From NCBI GenBank assembly GCA_951406725.2, contig OX597816.1:38874001-38938000 (forward strand): a stretch of DNA of 64,000 nucleotides. The letters are read 5' to 3'. Shown in pieces: positions 12,816-26,579 of the stretch. Under the pieces are notes generated by a model that did not search any database, was not told where the DNA came from, and saw only the letters and a program-made list of their open reading frames with translations. Position 1 is the first letter of the stretch, and the number at the start of each line of letters is the position of its first letter. Source of the DNA: Octopus vulgaris (lineage: Eukaryota). A program made the position numbers and the translations under genes.

Positions 12816-13649
12816 TTTATAGGTTGTGTGTCTGTCTACTCCGATTTAGATTCCTAACTACTCCCACATTTTGCGATGCAGTTTAACCAAAACCGGGTAT
12901 CTTATAGTCGTGATTCATATCGAGCCCTTCTGGGTATTAGCGCGCGTCTACGATGAGTCTATGATTTTACAAATAATTTACCATCATTTTTTTCCATTTT
13001 AATGCATATTTTTTAAAATAAACGGAAGTAACTCTCAAACTTCACACCAATATGCGTGCTCATATGCGACGTAATATCACATCAGCAGCATTTCCTCACA
13101 CCCTCCTTGCACTTGGCGAAGGCAAAATACCAGGGGATGAAAATGGTAATATTGCCATCGATTCCATTTGTACCATTGTTAAGACGCCTTCTGATCTCAG
13201 AGATGCAGTGTTCCCAGATCTACAAGCTAATTATCAGAATATGGATTGGATTGGCAAAAAGGCTATACTGGCCCCGAGGAATAAAACTGTTCACCATATT
13301 AATGATGAAATGCTAAAACTCATTCCTGGGGAAGTCTATGTATATCAGTCTATCGATACAACTCCTGACCCAGAGGACGTCATCAACTATCCAATAGAGG
13401 TACTCAATTCCTTTGAGCACCCCGGACTACCACCACACTTTCTCAAACTTAAAGTTGGTGCCCCTATAATGCTCATCAGAAATTTGGTTCCCCCAAAACA
13501 ATGCAATGGCACACGTTTGATCGTTAAGTCCTTATCTCCCACCGTAAGCTTATATCAATATTTGCCTGAATAATCATCATAATTCAGTGCAATCATTAAC
13601 AGTACTTTCAAGCAATTCAGCCCCGAGCAACGCTGGGCAATTCTGCTAG
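12816..13649 (+). mobile_element. Second tandem Helitron of the same family, carrying a helicase fragment
   Basis: Repeats gatttagattcctaac..gtcgtgattcatatcgagccc; ends cccgagcaacgctggg..CTAG|t. Confidence 0.85.
13052..13573 (+). pseudogene. Helitron Rep/Hel PIF1-like helicase, C-terminal fragment
   Basis: NMR, LLALGEG, KAILAPRN, LNSFEHPGLPPHFLKLKVGAPIMLIRNL and CNGTRL motifs; no Walker A or HUH domain. Confidence 0.9.
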
Positions 13650-13710
13650 TCCCAATATAAAATTGCAACTGCCCTGATGCAAACCTGTGATCTACAACTT
13701 GGAGCAATCT

Positions 13711-13771
<61 letters not shown>

Positions 13772-14048
13772 ACAAACACACACACATACACATACACAAA
13801 CAAACAAACAAACACACACACACACATATACACACATGAACAAAGAATCTAAAAATCTCTATGCACCTTGAACAAGTGTCTTCTACTATAGCCTCAGGCC
13901 AACCAAAGCCTTGTGAGTGAATTTGGTAGATGGAAACTGAAAGAAACATCATATATACATATAATTTATATTCCTTTAAAAAATAATATATTTTTGAGGA
14001 ATATATATTATATGTATATGATATATATTCCTTTAATATATATATATA

Positions 14049-14540
14049 TCATCACCATCATCATCATCATTTAACATCCGCTTTCCATGCTGGCATGGGC
14101 TGGACAGTTTGACTGAGGACTGGTGAGCCAGAGGCTGCACCAGGCTCAATCTGATCTGGCAAAGTTTCTACAGCTGGATGCCCTTCCTAATGCCAACCAC
14201 ACTGAGAGTGTAGTGGGTGCTTTTATGACACTGGCACAAGGGCCAGTCAGGCGGTTCTGGCAATGACCACGCTCAAAAGGTGTTTTTTATGTGCTATCTG
14301 CATTGGAGCCAGTCCAGTGGCATTGGCAGCGACCATGCTTGAATGTTTTTTTTCATATGCCACCGGCACATGTGCTGGTAGTGTGACTCTGGCAATGATC
14401 ACGCTCAAATGATGCTTTTCACATGTCACTGGCACAGGAGCCAATCCGTGGCCCAGGCAACAATCAAGCTCGGATGTGCTTTTAATGTTCCACTGGTACA
14501 AGTGCCAATCAGACAGTACTGCCATTGGCCATGTCACCGA
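14049..14540 (-). mobile_element. RTE 3'-UTR-derived copy with repeat array
   Basis: (cat)n tail, ggatgcccttcctaa, several gtgc..ggcac units. Confidence 0.8.
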
Positions 14541-16112
14541 TTTAGGACAAGCATCTCAGATCTCTAAAAAAGGAGAAGTAGAAGTAATTAATGTCTTACA
14601 GCTGTTTCTGAGATATCCCAGGTAATGGGTCAACACCTCTATACACTGGGTGTTCCATCATCAGAGACAAGGTGTGTGTGTGAGTGTGGGTGTGTGTGTG
14701 TCTTTGTGTCTGTTTGTCTCTTGACTGCTTGACAACCAGTGCTGGTATGTTTATGTCCCCATCAATTAGCAGTTCAGCAAAAGGGCCCAATAGAGTAAGT
14801 ATCAGGCTTTAAAAAAAGGTCAATTAATTCGAGACGGTGTCCCAGCATGGCTGCAGTCAAATGACTGAAACAAGTAAAAGATAAAATACATACTGAGTAC
14901 TTTTGTTCCCATTTTTACATCCAGACACACATGTACACATATGTAAGTATGCCTGCATATACATACATACATACATAAACACATTTATATGGACTGGAGA
15001 GGAAGACTATGTTGATATTATTTTGCTATTATTTCACCATTATTCACCCCAACTCCCACCTCTATCACTAATGTTAATATTTCAAAATATTCCCTTATAA
15101 TTTGTCACAAAAGATATATTAGTTCACTACTTTTACTGTTAGAGACATGTCTTTGTTTGTACATAGATATTTTAACGACGAAACTATTGTCGTTAATTAA
15201 TCGACCAACTTTTTAAGAAATATGACCAACTTTTTAAGAAATACGAGAAACATCTGAAAAAAGAAGAAAACAATATAAATTTCTCCAATAGTTTTCTAAA
15301 GCTTTTCAGTTAGAAGATGTAAGAGTCTGTCATGTGATCGACTGAACGTGACACGTATTGAAAAATCCTTACAAGATACGCTCTAGTATAAAATTTCCTA
15401 TTGTCAGATATTAAAATGATGGAATACAGAAAGACATGTCCAAACTAATAAGCTAAATCAAATTAGTAAGATCTCGTTCAGGTTTCTACATGGAAATATA
15501 CTGAGCTAGCAACACACTCAAGTGGTTGCATATATCTAGTGACATCTTAATCTCTCGTTGAGTTGTGCATTTAGTATTTACTCAAGTGGTCTTGTTGGAC
15601 TGTTAAACTGGAATTTTATCTCATTTATTCAAATGTTCCCTAATGATACATCCATTAGCTTGTTAATTTGTTTTTTGATTTGGCATAGAAGAAACCATAA
15701 AATTGTTACTATTGATAACCATTTTGAAAACTTGGTTCAAATTCTATCCAGATTGAGTGAAGATTTTATGCCTCAAGTCTTGATAAAATAACATTAAATT
15801 GACTCAAATGAAACAAAGTGGCTCCAAGGGTTTGTATACATAACTGATAGGTTTGGTGAACAGACCGATGTCTGTGATCTCCAGCTCTAACCATGTCAGA
15901 ATGGTACCACAAAGATAGAGTTATGATAGGCTAGCACTATAGTTCTCAAATAATGCCCTCACTTCACTTTAGCACAGTGCATATTTTTTAAAATATAATT
16001 TAAGACTTAATAAAATGCAAACTAATGTTCGATTGAATGGTAAAACATGTTACCCATAATGGCATGATATGCATGACTGATTTATAAAATAAAGAATGTT
16101 TTAAGGTTTACA

Positions 16113-16493
16113 TCTTTTATTTGTTTCAGTCATTTGACTGCAGCCATGCTGGAGCACCACCTTTAGTCAAGCAAATCGACCCCAGGACTTATTCTTTGGA
16201 AGCCTAGTACTTATTCTATCAGACTCTTTTGCCGAACCGCTAAGTTACGGGGACGTAAACACACCAGCATCGGTTGTCAAGCGATGTTGGGGGGACAAAC
16301 ACAGACACACAAGCACACGCATATATATACATATATACGATGGGATTCTTTCAGTTTCCATCTACTAAATCCACTCACAAGGCTTTGGTTGGCCCGAGGC
16401 TATAGTAGAAGACACTTGCCCAAGGTGCCATGCAGTGGGACTGAACCCGGACTGAACAGTGGTAAGCAAGCTACTTACCACATAGCCACTTCC
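16113..16493 (-). mobile_element. OK-like SINE
   Basis: Colinear with 3821-4259. Confidence 0.88.
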
Positions 16494-17546
16494 GTATTTT
16501 TTTCTAATTTTTAATCTTAAAACAGATTTTTCAAAACTTTCTATTCAAAATGCACAGTAATATTTTGATCCTTAGTGCACCACAAAATCAAACATGATGA
16601 ACCAGTAGACTTGTGTCTAGATGGGCTTTCCATAATGCTATGGAAACTGTCAATTCATGAGACTGTTTAGACAAATCTATTAATATAATTAGCAGTCTAT
16701 TTCTGTCTCTCCCTTTTACTTCAACCCCTACAAAGGTAATAAATGATCTTTTTAAATTTTCTCCCTTGGTTACTTACTATATACTAACTTGAGTGTTATC
16801 TGTTAAATAAGGAGTAAAGTTGGGAATATACTTTTGCCACTGTTGATAGTATCAAGTAATGTTACATCTGCAATTAAACTTATAGTCATACAGTATTATT
16901 ATTACTGATCACAGATATTTATTGCCGATCGTTTCTGTTTGGTTGCCACTTTTCAATTTCTTCAGTTTCTGTTCCAATTGATTTCGTATTTGGCGTAATG
17001 ATGTAGTTTGTATGTTAAACATTGACATGAAATTCATTTTTGCCATAAATCAATAAATAAAGTTAATAGCTTTTAAACTTTGTAAATTTTGGGCAATTTT
17101 AGCCATTCATAAGCCACAGACACATTCATGCCTGTTTCCTTAGTAACAAGCCAAACATAAGAACTCTTTTGTCTGTGAGCAAGCACATGTATTGACAAAT
17201 ATATTCTATGTGGGAAATTTTTTTCTGTTTTGAAAATTACTATTCATTTCATTAGTATTTTTTCCTTATGAAATGAAATCTGGAAAAAGTAAAATTATAA
17301 TTATTGAGCATAACTACAGATGTGTGCCTCGCTGATTTTGTTTCTTCATAACTTTCTGAAAAATTTATATTTTTCCAATTAAATTAGATCTTTACTCATC
17401 ATTACACAGCCAGTAAAAATATTTATTAATCATGCACGTACCTTCTTTTAATAGTAGACTGTTATATAGTCTTGTTAGTTAATATGGTGACAACACTCTA
17501 CCTATATATCAAACACACACGCACACACACACACACAGACGCGCAT

Positions 17547-17595
<49 letters not shown>

Positions 17596-17659
17596 CTCAC
17601 TGTATTTCTCTCTCAATAACAACCAGTTTTTTTTCTTGAAACAAATTTTCATTCTATCT

Positions 17660-17696
<37 letters not shown>

Positions 17697-18299
17697 TCTC
17701 ACTGAAATTCTCTCTCAACAATAACAACAACTTGTCATTTCTTTTTTAAAGTCTGTGTTGCATTATCTCTATGTTGAAAGACATAGAAACGTTCATGCAC
17801 ACAGACACACAGACACACACACATGCACACACATGCACACACACACACATACAAACAATCAAAAAGATAACTATCTATTGTTATATAGTGAATATCATTT
17901 TTTAAAAATTTGTATTGTGCCATGTGGACAGATTTGCACTTAAAATTCCTGTGTTTTTAATCCAAACTTGTTAGTTACTATGGTGAAAACACTACCTATC
18001 ACACACACTTTCTCTGTCTTACTATTTCTCTTGCAACAACAAGTTTTTCTCCTCCCCTTCTAGATATATGTTGTGACAGGGGTTATCTCCCCTTTTGATT
18101 CCTCCCCTCCTCCACATATATCTTATGACAGACAGACAAACAGGGGTCACTTCTTTTCTATAAAATAAGTTTTTCCAGAAGTACATTTTAGTTGGTGTAG
18201 ATTTGGGTTGTATCAGAATTTGATGTGCAAACAAAGTTTTGGTGTGAGGTGACATAATTCACACACCTTGACTTATTTGTTTCCTCATACGTTTTGATA

Positions 18300-21260
18300 A
18301 GGAGAGTGGATTATCAATAACATTAATAAGAATTTCTATTTTCATTTTCTCCACATTCTAAAGTAAATCTAAAGCTGACAGTCTCTCTTTGCTCATTGAA
18401 ATTCTCACATTAGAAAAGTTCGATTTCAACTGAAAGATTGCTCACATCTGGCAACTGAAATTGCATTAGTGAGCCCTATCTGAATAGCTACACTCAAATA
18501 TGGAAAAATATTTTCATTTCCATACTAAATAATAGTGTTTAAGAACTTTTTAATCTTAGATATTCAAATGTTTGGGCAATTTTTCAGTAGCATTGTTTAT
18601 TTCAACAGTCCTTTCAAATAATATGCCTTGATCCATTGACTGGAACAAAGAAGATGTGCTCTTGGAGATATATATTTCAATCTCATGTTATCAGAAATAG
18701 TTTTTAAAGTTTACTGTGTGCATTGCATATATGAAACAATGCCTTGTTGGAAATATCATGCCTGACACTGTACTTTTCTATAGCAGAGCAAAAAATCAGT
18801 CTTACAAATAACTTCTAGTCATCTAAATAGTCATTTGAGCACTTAAAAACAAGTAGATTAAACTTTGTAGCCCTTGAAAACTATTGGATATTCAGAGTGT
18901 TACAAAAGAAGGGAATTCAATTTCAAGTCACCAACATCATTTCTTTAAATGGATAAATTTGCAATATCAGTGCTATAAAACCATTCAAGGTTGTGATAAA
19001 TTTCCTTTAAGATATATGTTATGAAAACTGTTACTTTGATCTGAGTCTAACATATTTTTCTTCCATTTGATTAAGAAGGCAATATTTCATTATTCTCTCA
19101 ATTACTTTTGATTACAGCTAATTCTGCAAAACTGAATATTTTGCAGCTATTTGTCTTTTTCTTTTTTTTTTTCTTTTTCTTTTTTTTTTTTCTACTTGAA
19201 TATCCCACTCATTACATAGTTTCAATCTAGCTTCAAGTGAGTCTTTGATAAATGATTTTCAACTGCTCATAATATAACCTTGGAAGGGCTTCAAATCACA
19301 ATCAGCATCATGAAAGTTCATGAAATGATCTTTGAGTAGTTTTTGAACATGGTCAATCCAACAAAATTGTAAGTTAATATTTGATGATTTGATTCAGTAC
19401 ATACCTTGCAGTGGAGGCGCAATGGCCCAGTGGTTAGGGCAGCGGACTCGTGGTCGTAGGATCGCAGTTTTGATTCCCAGACCGGGCGTTGTGAGTGTTT
19501 ACTGAGCGAAAATACCCAAAAGCTCCACTGTGATCCCTGCTGTACTCTTTCACCACTCTTTCTTCTGTTGGCCTGGTGTCGTTCAAAGGCTAAAACAATG
19601 CATACGCATTGTGACCAGCGATGTGTAACAACATTTGATGGTCTGGTCGGTCACGTGATCACATACCTTGCATCACCTCTTGTACTAGTACACCTGTAGT
19701 TTGATTTTGATAATCAACCATGCTTTGCAAAATTTCTACTATGATACCAATGTATTTTCATGAATTGGTTTCACAGTCACTGTTCAGGAATTCTATTGTT
19801 TCATATTTATATTTGACAACTATTGGCATCTTTCAGCTTATATCAATATAAACAAGTTAAACAAAAAAAGAATGAATAAAACAAATGAATTGCACCAAAA
19901 CGTTACCACCAATATATCATTGTTAGCAGAATGAACTCTGGCCAAACTGTTGAATGATTATCACAGTTCCAAAAAAGAAAAACACTCAGCAATTTTGTTT
20001 TCATTAATCTTCTGTTAAACACCACTGTTATAAGTCACCATAACTACAGCAATGTCATAACACTGAGATTGAGAGTTTTCTTGCAAAATTTTGTTTTGCA
20101 ATTTGTTCTAAAATTACCTCAACTATCTTTTCAACATTCTTTTGTTTTAATTGGATAAATCCAAAGAAAATTACTCTTTTATAAATATTGTTTTCTCCTC
20201 GGTATAGATGGGTTTGATATGGAATAGAACACAAACAGGAAATGAAAATATTTGGCCTTATGATTGCTATGTAGCAATTCCTAGTGAACTATATAGAACC
20301 CATCAGCTGAATATAACCATTCTGCACTAATGGGGGAAAATATGATATTCTTTCAGAAATGTTCTTCCACAAATTCGTCAACAATTTTAATAATAAGCCT
20401 CCAAGATATTCAAAATTGCCCTTCTTTTCCTATCTATGGAATTCATGCAACCATACAAAGTTTTGAGTTGAAAATATTTATGCAACAGAGAATTCTGTGA
20501 AGAGCATCTCACCATTTTTTTTCTGATGCAATTTGAGCTTGAAGCTCTGCATTAATGATTCCTCAATTTTCTAAAAGATTTCTTTCCGTTTTCCTCCATT
20601 GAGTATTTCATTTTGCTTTTCAAGGGTGTGAAACTGTTCAAGTGCTTCCTAATAATTGACTTTATTATCTTGTCTCAATAAAAATTGATTAGAATTTTGT
20701 AAAAATAGCAAAGGAAGGCAAAAACTGTTTTTCTTCTCCAGAAAATAAACAAGTCATGAGTGTTAAACTTTTTCTTCACATTTCTCTCTCAACATTCATT
20801 TATATGATTTTTCATTCATTCATTGATTTTTTGTGATGAAAATATGATCCTATACTTTTTTTAAAAATACTTTAACCCTATTGCATCCACAAAGCATGTA
20901 TGATAGAATTACATTTTAATATTTTATGAAATTTCAAGAAACCTATATATGAGAATGCCAAATTATGTTTGACGTAGGCTGTATTGTGTTTTCCTGTTTT
21001 ATGATAAGTTTTAGTATCTTCTGCTTCTTTGAAAGACATTTTTGTTCCTTAAAAGGCACTTAATTCTCCTTTTGATACACTGGTGGGTTGGTCTATTACC
21101 AATTTGAATGCTGTTAATACAAATAGAAGACTAGATTGTTCAAGAAAGGGCTTCATAAAGCCAATAAAACCACTTTATTTCGTAACTTCTTGCATTTTCC
21201 TTTTCTTCTTACTTTCTGCCCACTCAGTTCCATTTTCAGCATCAACAATGCTTGCTTCAT
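18300..21260 (-). pseudogene. Decayed hAT transposase (ZMYM1-like type)
   Basis: Minus-strand fragments in the expected order: LSG/AESKKKRK N-terminus, GNF..DEFVEEH, AKYF, then ISVARCEQSFS and SMSKERLSAL (hAT dimerisation domain, about 18360-18470); many stops and frameshifts. Confidence 0.7.
19411..19660 (+). mobile_element. OR2-like SINE (short tail) with 12-bp TSD
   Basis: tggaggcgcaatggcccagtggttagggcagcggactcg head; tail ggtctggtcggtcacgtgat; TSD acataccttgca at 19399-19410 and 19661-19672. Confidence 0.88.
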
Positions 21261-21554
21261 TGTCAGTTTTTCTTAAGAAGCACACACAATGACACCTACA
21301 TGCAAACGAACATACACACATACTTATATGTCTAAGAATCCATAAGTCAGAAAAACCGGCACTCATACAATTTGTCAATAGAGTGGCTATATTAATCAAA
21401 GTATATAGTATTGTAGATCCAATTCAGCCAACATTATTTCAATACCTGACCTGTCTGAAGAGCACATATATCTAGATAACTGTCCTGTTATCTAATATCC
21501 AGATATCTAACATTCATCTGAAATAGGTATATAATACTGTAGATTTTGATTGAT

Positions 21555-21708
21555 GAGTGGCTGTGTGGTAAGAAGCTTGCTTCCCAACCACATGGTTCCA
21601 GGTTCGGTCTCACTGTGTGGCACCTTGGACAAGTGTCTTCTACTATAGCCTCGGGCCACCAAAGCCTTGTGACTGGATTTGGTAGATAGAAACTGAAAGA
21701 AGACAGTC

Positions 21709-21761
<53 letters not shown>

Positions 21762-21828
21762 GGCTTAGATATGCATACTGAACATGGTGAAATTGATTAA
21801 TAATTAATTAATTTTACCTCAATTGTTG

Positions 21829-21888
<60 letters not shown>

Positions 21889-22106
21889 TATATGTATGTA
21901 TTTGTGTGTCTGTGTTTGTTCCCCAACCATTGCTTGACAACCAATGTTGGTGTGTTTATGTCCCCTGTAACTTAGTGGTTCGGCAAAAGAGACTGATTAG
22001 AATAAGTACTAGGCTTACAAAAATAAGTCCTGGGGTTGATTTGTTTGATTAAAGTTGGTGCTCCAGCATGGCTGCAGACAAATGACTGAAACAACTAAAA
22101 GAATAA
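21555..22106 (+). mobile_element. OK-like SINE with expanded internal (TA)n
   Basis: Head and tail motifs both present. Confidence 0.85.
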
Positions 22107-22111
22107 AATTA

Positions 22112-22273
22112 ATGGGCTTCTTTCAGTTTCCGTTTACCAAATCCACTCACAAAGCTTTGGTCGGCCCAAGGCTATAGTAAAAGACACTTGCCTAAGGTGC
22201 CACACAGTAGGACTGAACCCGGAACCATGTGGTTGGTAAGCAAGCTACTTATCACACAGCCACTCCTTTGCAC
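22112..22273 (-). mobile_element. OK-like SINE head, inverted relative to the adjacent copy
   Basis: Reverse complement of 21555-21710. Confidence 0.85.
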
Positions 22274-22516
22274 TTGGCAAATTCCTGCACTTTTTTCTTG
22301 TCGTTGTCTAGAAAAGTTAAGATTGACAGGATCTAAGGCGCCAGACTCAAGGTGTGTTACCAATGATGATGATGAACACTGGGAAAAATAATCTGAAACA
22401 GAAAAATATGATTTCAGATATGTAAGTGAAAGGCTTCATCATGATAGGAGAAAGAAAGTCATTCTCTGAAAAATAAAAGTTTGAATATTAAGCGTTTTTC
22501 TGTATATGCATGCATG

Positions 22517-22548
<32 letters not shown>

Positions 22549-23340
22549 TTTATATATTAATCATACTCCTGCTTGGTTAATCATTTCTGAAATTTTATCT
22601 CCATTGTCAATGAAGTGAATTTGATATTGAAGAAAAATATTTCTGCTTAACAAGCCACACACGTTCTGCAATTTTGCTACTTATACTCTTTATTTCTGAA
22701 AAGAAAACGAGTGCAAAGCCAAGTAGTTAGAGAGTTGGAATTAAAATGGCAGTGCATTCAATATCTGGACTGAACAAAGCATTCTATTCTTGAGCAAGTC
22801 TCTTCATTTCACATTGCTCCATTCTTCTCACCTGAAAATGCATACAAGCCAAGTGCACCAGCACTTGGCTGGTATACATTTGGTTGTTACATCCTCTAGG
22901 GTAACAGGGAGGGGCTGACATGGTGTGATTGTCCCCTTGTGACTACATAGGTACCTAAAAAAAAAGAATTAGTAAAAGTTATACTTGCTTGTGAGAATTA
23001 GCTATTCTGGTGTATATGATATTATTTTAAAGCAAATACCATTAACTTACAATTCAATTCAATACTTATTCTACAGTGTTATTGTTTAACAACTTCTGAC
23101 AGATTCTGTCTATATTCATGTTTTCTTACTGAGAGAAACCTCTTTTAAAAAATGAAGGAAATAAAATATAATAGAAAGTGAAAGGAAAAAGAAAATGAAG
23201 AGATGAAAGAAAGGTTGGAAAAAAATTATTGACCAAAGATTATGAAGACAGATAAAGTTGATAGAAAGGAAAAGAAATTTTCAGAAGTTGACAATATCAT
23301 ATACAGCTCTGGTAAATTGTTTCTTGTCAATAGAGTATGA

Positions 23341-23727
23341 TGGATGGAAGCACTCCATCGGTTACGACGACGAGGGTTCCGGTTGATTCGAATCAACGGA
23401 ACAGCCTGCTCGTGAAATTAACGTGTAAGTGGCTGAGCACTCCACAGACACATGCACCCTTAACGTAGTTCTCGGGGATATTCAGCATGACACAGAGAGT
23501 GACAAGACCGGCCCTTTGAAATACAGGTACAACAGAAACAGGAAGTAAGAGTGAGAGAAAGTTGTGGTGAAAGAGTACAGCAGGGATCACCACCATCCCC
23601 TGCCGGAGCCTCGTGGAGCTTTTAGGTGTTTTCGCTCAATAAACACTCACAACGCCCGGTCTGGGAATCAAAACCACGATCCTATGACCATGAGTCCGCT
23701 GCCCTATCCACTGGGCCATTGCACCTC
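23341..23727 (-). mobile_element. OR1-like SINE (long tail)
   Basis: About 390 bp; flanked by duplicated caatagagtat. Confidence 0.88.
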
Positions 23728-23797
23728 AATAGAGTATATTACATTGCACACATCCTCATAAACATACTTATACACAGACATATACACACACCATTAG

Positions 23798-23947
23798 CAT
23801 CATCATCATTATCATCATCAACATCCATTGTCCATGCTAGCATGGGTTGGATGGTTTGACCAGAGCTGGCAAGCTGAGGAGCTGCACCAGATTCCAGTCT
23901 GATTCGACATAGTTTCTACGGCTGGATGCCCTTTCTAACACCAACCA
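23798..23947 (-). mobile_element. RTE 3'-tail fragment
   Basis: (cat)n..ccatgctagcatgggttgga..ggatgccc. Confidence 0.75.
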
Positions 23948-25154
23948 GCAGAGGGTACAACTATTGGGCTACTGGAGTGTTGCAAATGCTACGGCTTAAG
24001 ATACACCTCCCATGTGTACTGACAAACAAAATAACTACAGATGTGGTAGTATTCTATCTTTGTAGATGCTCTTGATACCCTGACCACGGTAACAAAAGCA
24101 ACCACCCTTGAGATCAGAGATCCAAAAGCCATGATCCACTCTGCAAGAATAGCAATGGACACTGGGAATGTACATTTGACACCACCACTATTTTCACTAT
24201 GGAAGTGATAGATCCAGTAGAAATGTTAACCCAAGACAATTGGTACCGCCTCTCAGTTTTTTCTTTTTTTGTTCTTCATATGAAATTCCGATATAATCTT
24301 AATCTACACCATCTGACTGGTATAAATAGAAATTTCCTTAATAAAATACCCTTTTTTTTTTCTGTAAGTTAAGAGGAACCAAAGTCGGGGGCACACTTGT
24401 GTAGGTATGCCTTTATTTCCTCCTGTAGCAACTCGTAAATAATTTCTTTTTCCTTTGCCTCTTTCACCCAGCCAGTTTCGGAGGAACCTAGAAAAAAAGC
24501 CAAGGTCACTGCCCTTCTGATTAAATCATAACAAAAACGTCAAACAAAAATATCTTCTTCTCGCATAAACATGAATGAACATACTTTTCTCATCACTCTC
24601 CACGTCTTAACTTTGTTTTATTACTTCCACTCCTTGCAAAGGATTAAGCCGTACAACATACAGCCTGTGTTAAATGTGAAGCTGACACATTCGTTGTTAT
24701 GTAAGTCTCAGAATTCTTCAGCATTCACTAATTACTTTTATTCTTGTTGTCAGAAGAAAGTTACTCTGACATTCTATGTTACCTGAAATGATTTGTGGTC
24801 GACTGTCTATCAAGTTTTTTGAAATCTGTTGCAACAGTTAACAAGACCATGTACATCTGTCTTTAAACTAACAAGCTACGCTTGCTTGTTGGATTTTGTT
24901 AGAGTTCACTCAGACATACACATACGCAAAAACAGATACATATACACATACACATATATATTCACAAAAGTATTTTGAAATCTGTTGCAACAGTGAACAA
25001 GATCAAGTAATCTATCTTCAAAGTAACAAGCTACATTTGACTTAGAAGAATCCATTAATCATACATAGCACATACACATACAATCTCAAATATATACATA
25101 CTTAAACTTATTCATACGTTTGCACAAACGTGTGTGTGTGCATGCGCGCGAATA

Positions 25155-25840
25155 TCTTACTATAATGAGCATTATGTCCTTCTTTCTGTTCCCTCTTCAC
25201 GGTCAAATAGCTGGACTAATAGGCACGATGTTTTGGGAGATTACGAAGGAGGTAATCAGGGATGTTTTTAGCGAAAAAATGTGAAAAAGTATGATTATTT
25301 AGTGGATATTGAATTTTGTATTAATAAATCATCTTTGATTTTTTTTATTAAAATTCCGGTGACGAGGATTAACTCTGGATTCTCCGCCCCGTACAGTTCA
25401 TGAACTTAGAGGGTTTAGATTTGCGATACTATCTCTTTAAGGCGGCGAGCTGGCAGAAACGTTAGCACGCCGGGCGAAATGCTTAGCGGTATTTCGTCTG
25501 CGTTACGTTGTGAGTTCAAATTCCGCCGAGGTCGACTTTGCCTTTCATCCTTTCGGGGTCGATAAATTAAGTACCAGTTACACACTGGGGTCGATGTAAT
25601 CGACTTAATACCTATGTCTGTCCTTGTTTGTCCGCTCTGTGTTTAGCTCCTTGTGGGTAATAAAGAAATAGATATTATCTCTTTATTTCCTATTGTAGCC
25701 GGGCAGATTTACTATCTTACTATAATGGGCATTATGTCCGTCTGTCTGCCTGTCTCTTTGTTCCCTCTTCATGGTCAGACGGCTGGACCAATGGTTACGC
25801 TATTTTTCAGGATTACAAAGACGGTCGTCAGGAAGGTTTG
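25155..25840 (+). mobile_element. Two tandem Helitron-like non-autonomous units (25155-25714, and 25715 to about 25840)
   Basis: Both start a|tcttactataatg..cattatgtcc; first ends gccgggcagatttacta; second has gtct microrepeat. Confidence 0.55.
25440..25675 (+). mobile_element. Young Nin-domain-type SINE with 10-bp TSD
   Basis: CpG-rich; TSD tatctcttta at 25430-25439 and 25676-25685. Confidence 0.9.
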
Positions 25841-26207
25841 ACAGAGCAACCTGAATGCTAAAGGGTTCAGTGAGGAGTGAAGGCAGTGTCACGACCCTCT
25901 ACAGGGCCTCTGAGATTGGTGGGAGGGAAGAAGGTATCTTCAAATCAAAGACCTGACCAGGTCTGAATGCTTGCAGCAGGGTGGACTTCATTAAAAGCAC
26001 TCAAGATGCCAGGTGATAGTGTTAAACTGGATGATGGGTTAACTCTCATGATACCAACACGTCTGAGATTACTCTTGGTTCTATGATATATCATATTTTT
26101 GTTTTACAGTGATCTAAATTAAAACTTTCTCTCAAAATTTTGTGTTGATCCAAAGGGGTAAAGATGAATTTGTGGGGTGTGCTTATTCTATCACAGCTAT
26201 ATTTTCT

Positions 26208-26438
26208 TATTTCTTTATTGCCCACAAGGGGCTAAACATAGACGGGACAAACAAGGACAGACAAATGAATTAAGTCGATTACATCAACCCCAGTGCGTAA
26301 CTGGTACTTATTTAATCGACTTCAAAAGGATGAAAGGTAAAGTCGACCTCGGCGGAATTTGAACTCAAAACGTAGTGGCAGACGAAATACGCTAAGCATT
26401 TTGCCCAGCGGGCTAACGATTCTACCAGCTCGCCACCT
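26208..26438 (-). mobile_element. Nin-domain-type SINE with 19-bp TSD
   Basis: TSD tatcacagctatattttct at 26189-26207 and 26439-26457. Confidence 0.9.
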
Positions 26439-26579
26439 TATCACAGCTATATTTTCTAATCTGTCTTATATCAGTTTTATTAAGATTGACCAGTATTATT
26501 GAGTGAAAGGAGTTCCCTGTTCTCATCAATCATGTAGCAATATCGTTCTCTCATTGCTATCTTCACTGTTTGAGAAGAG

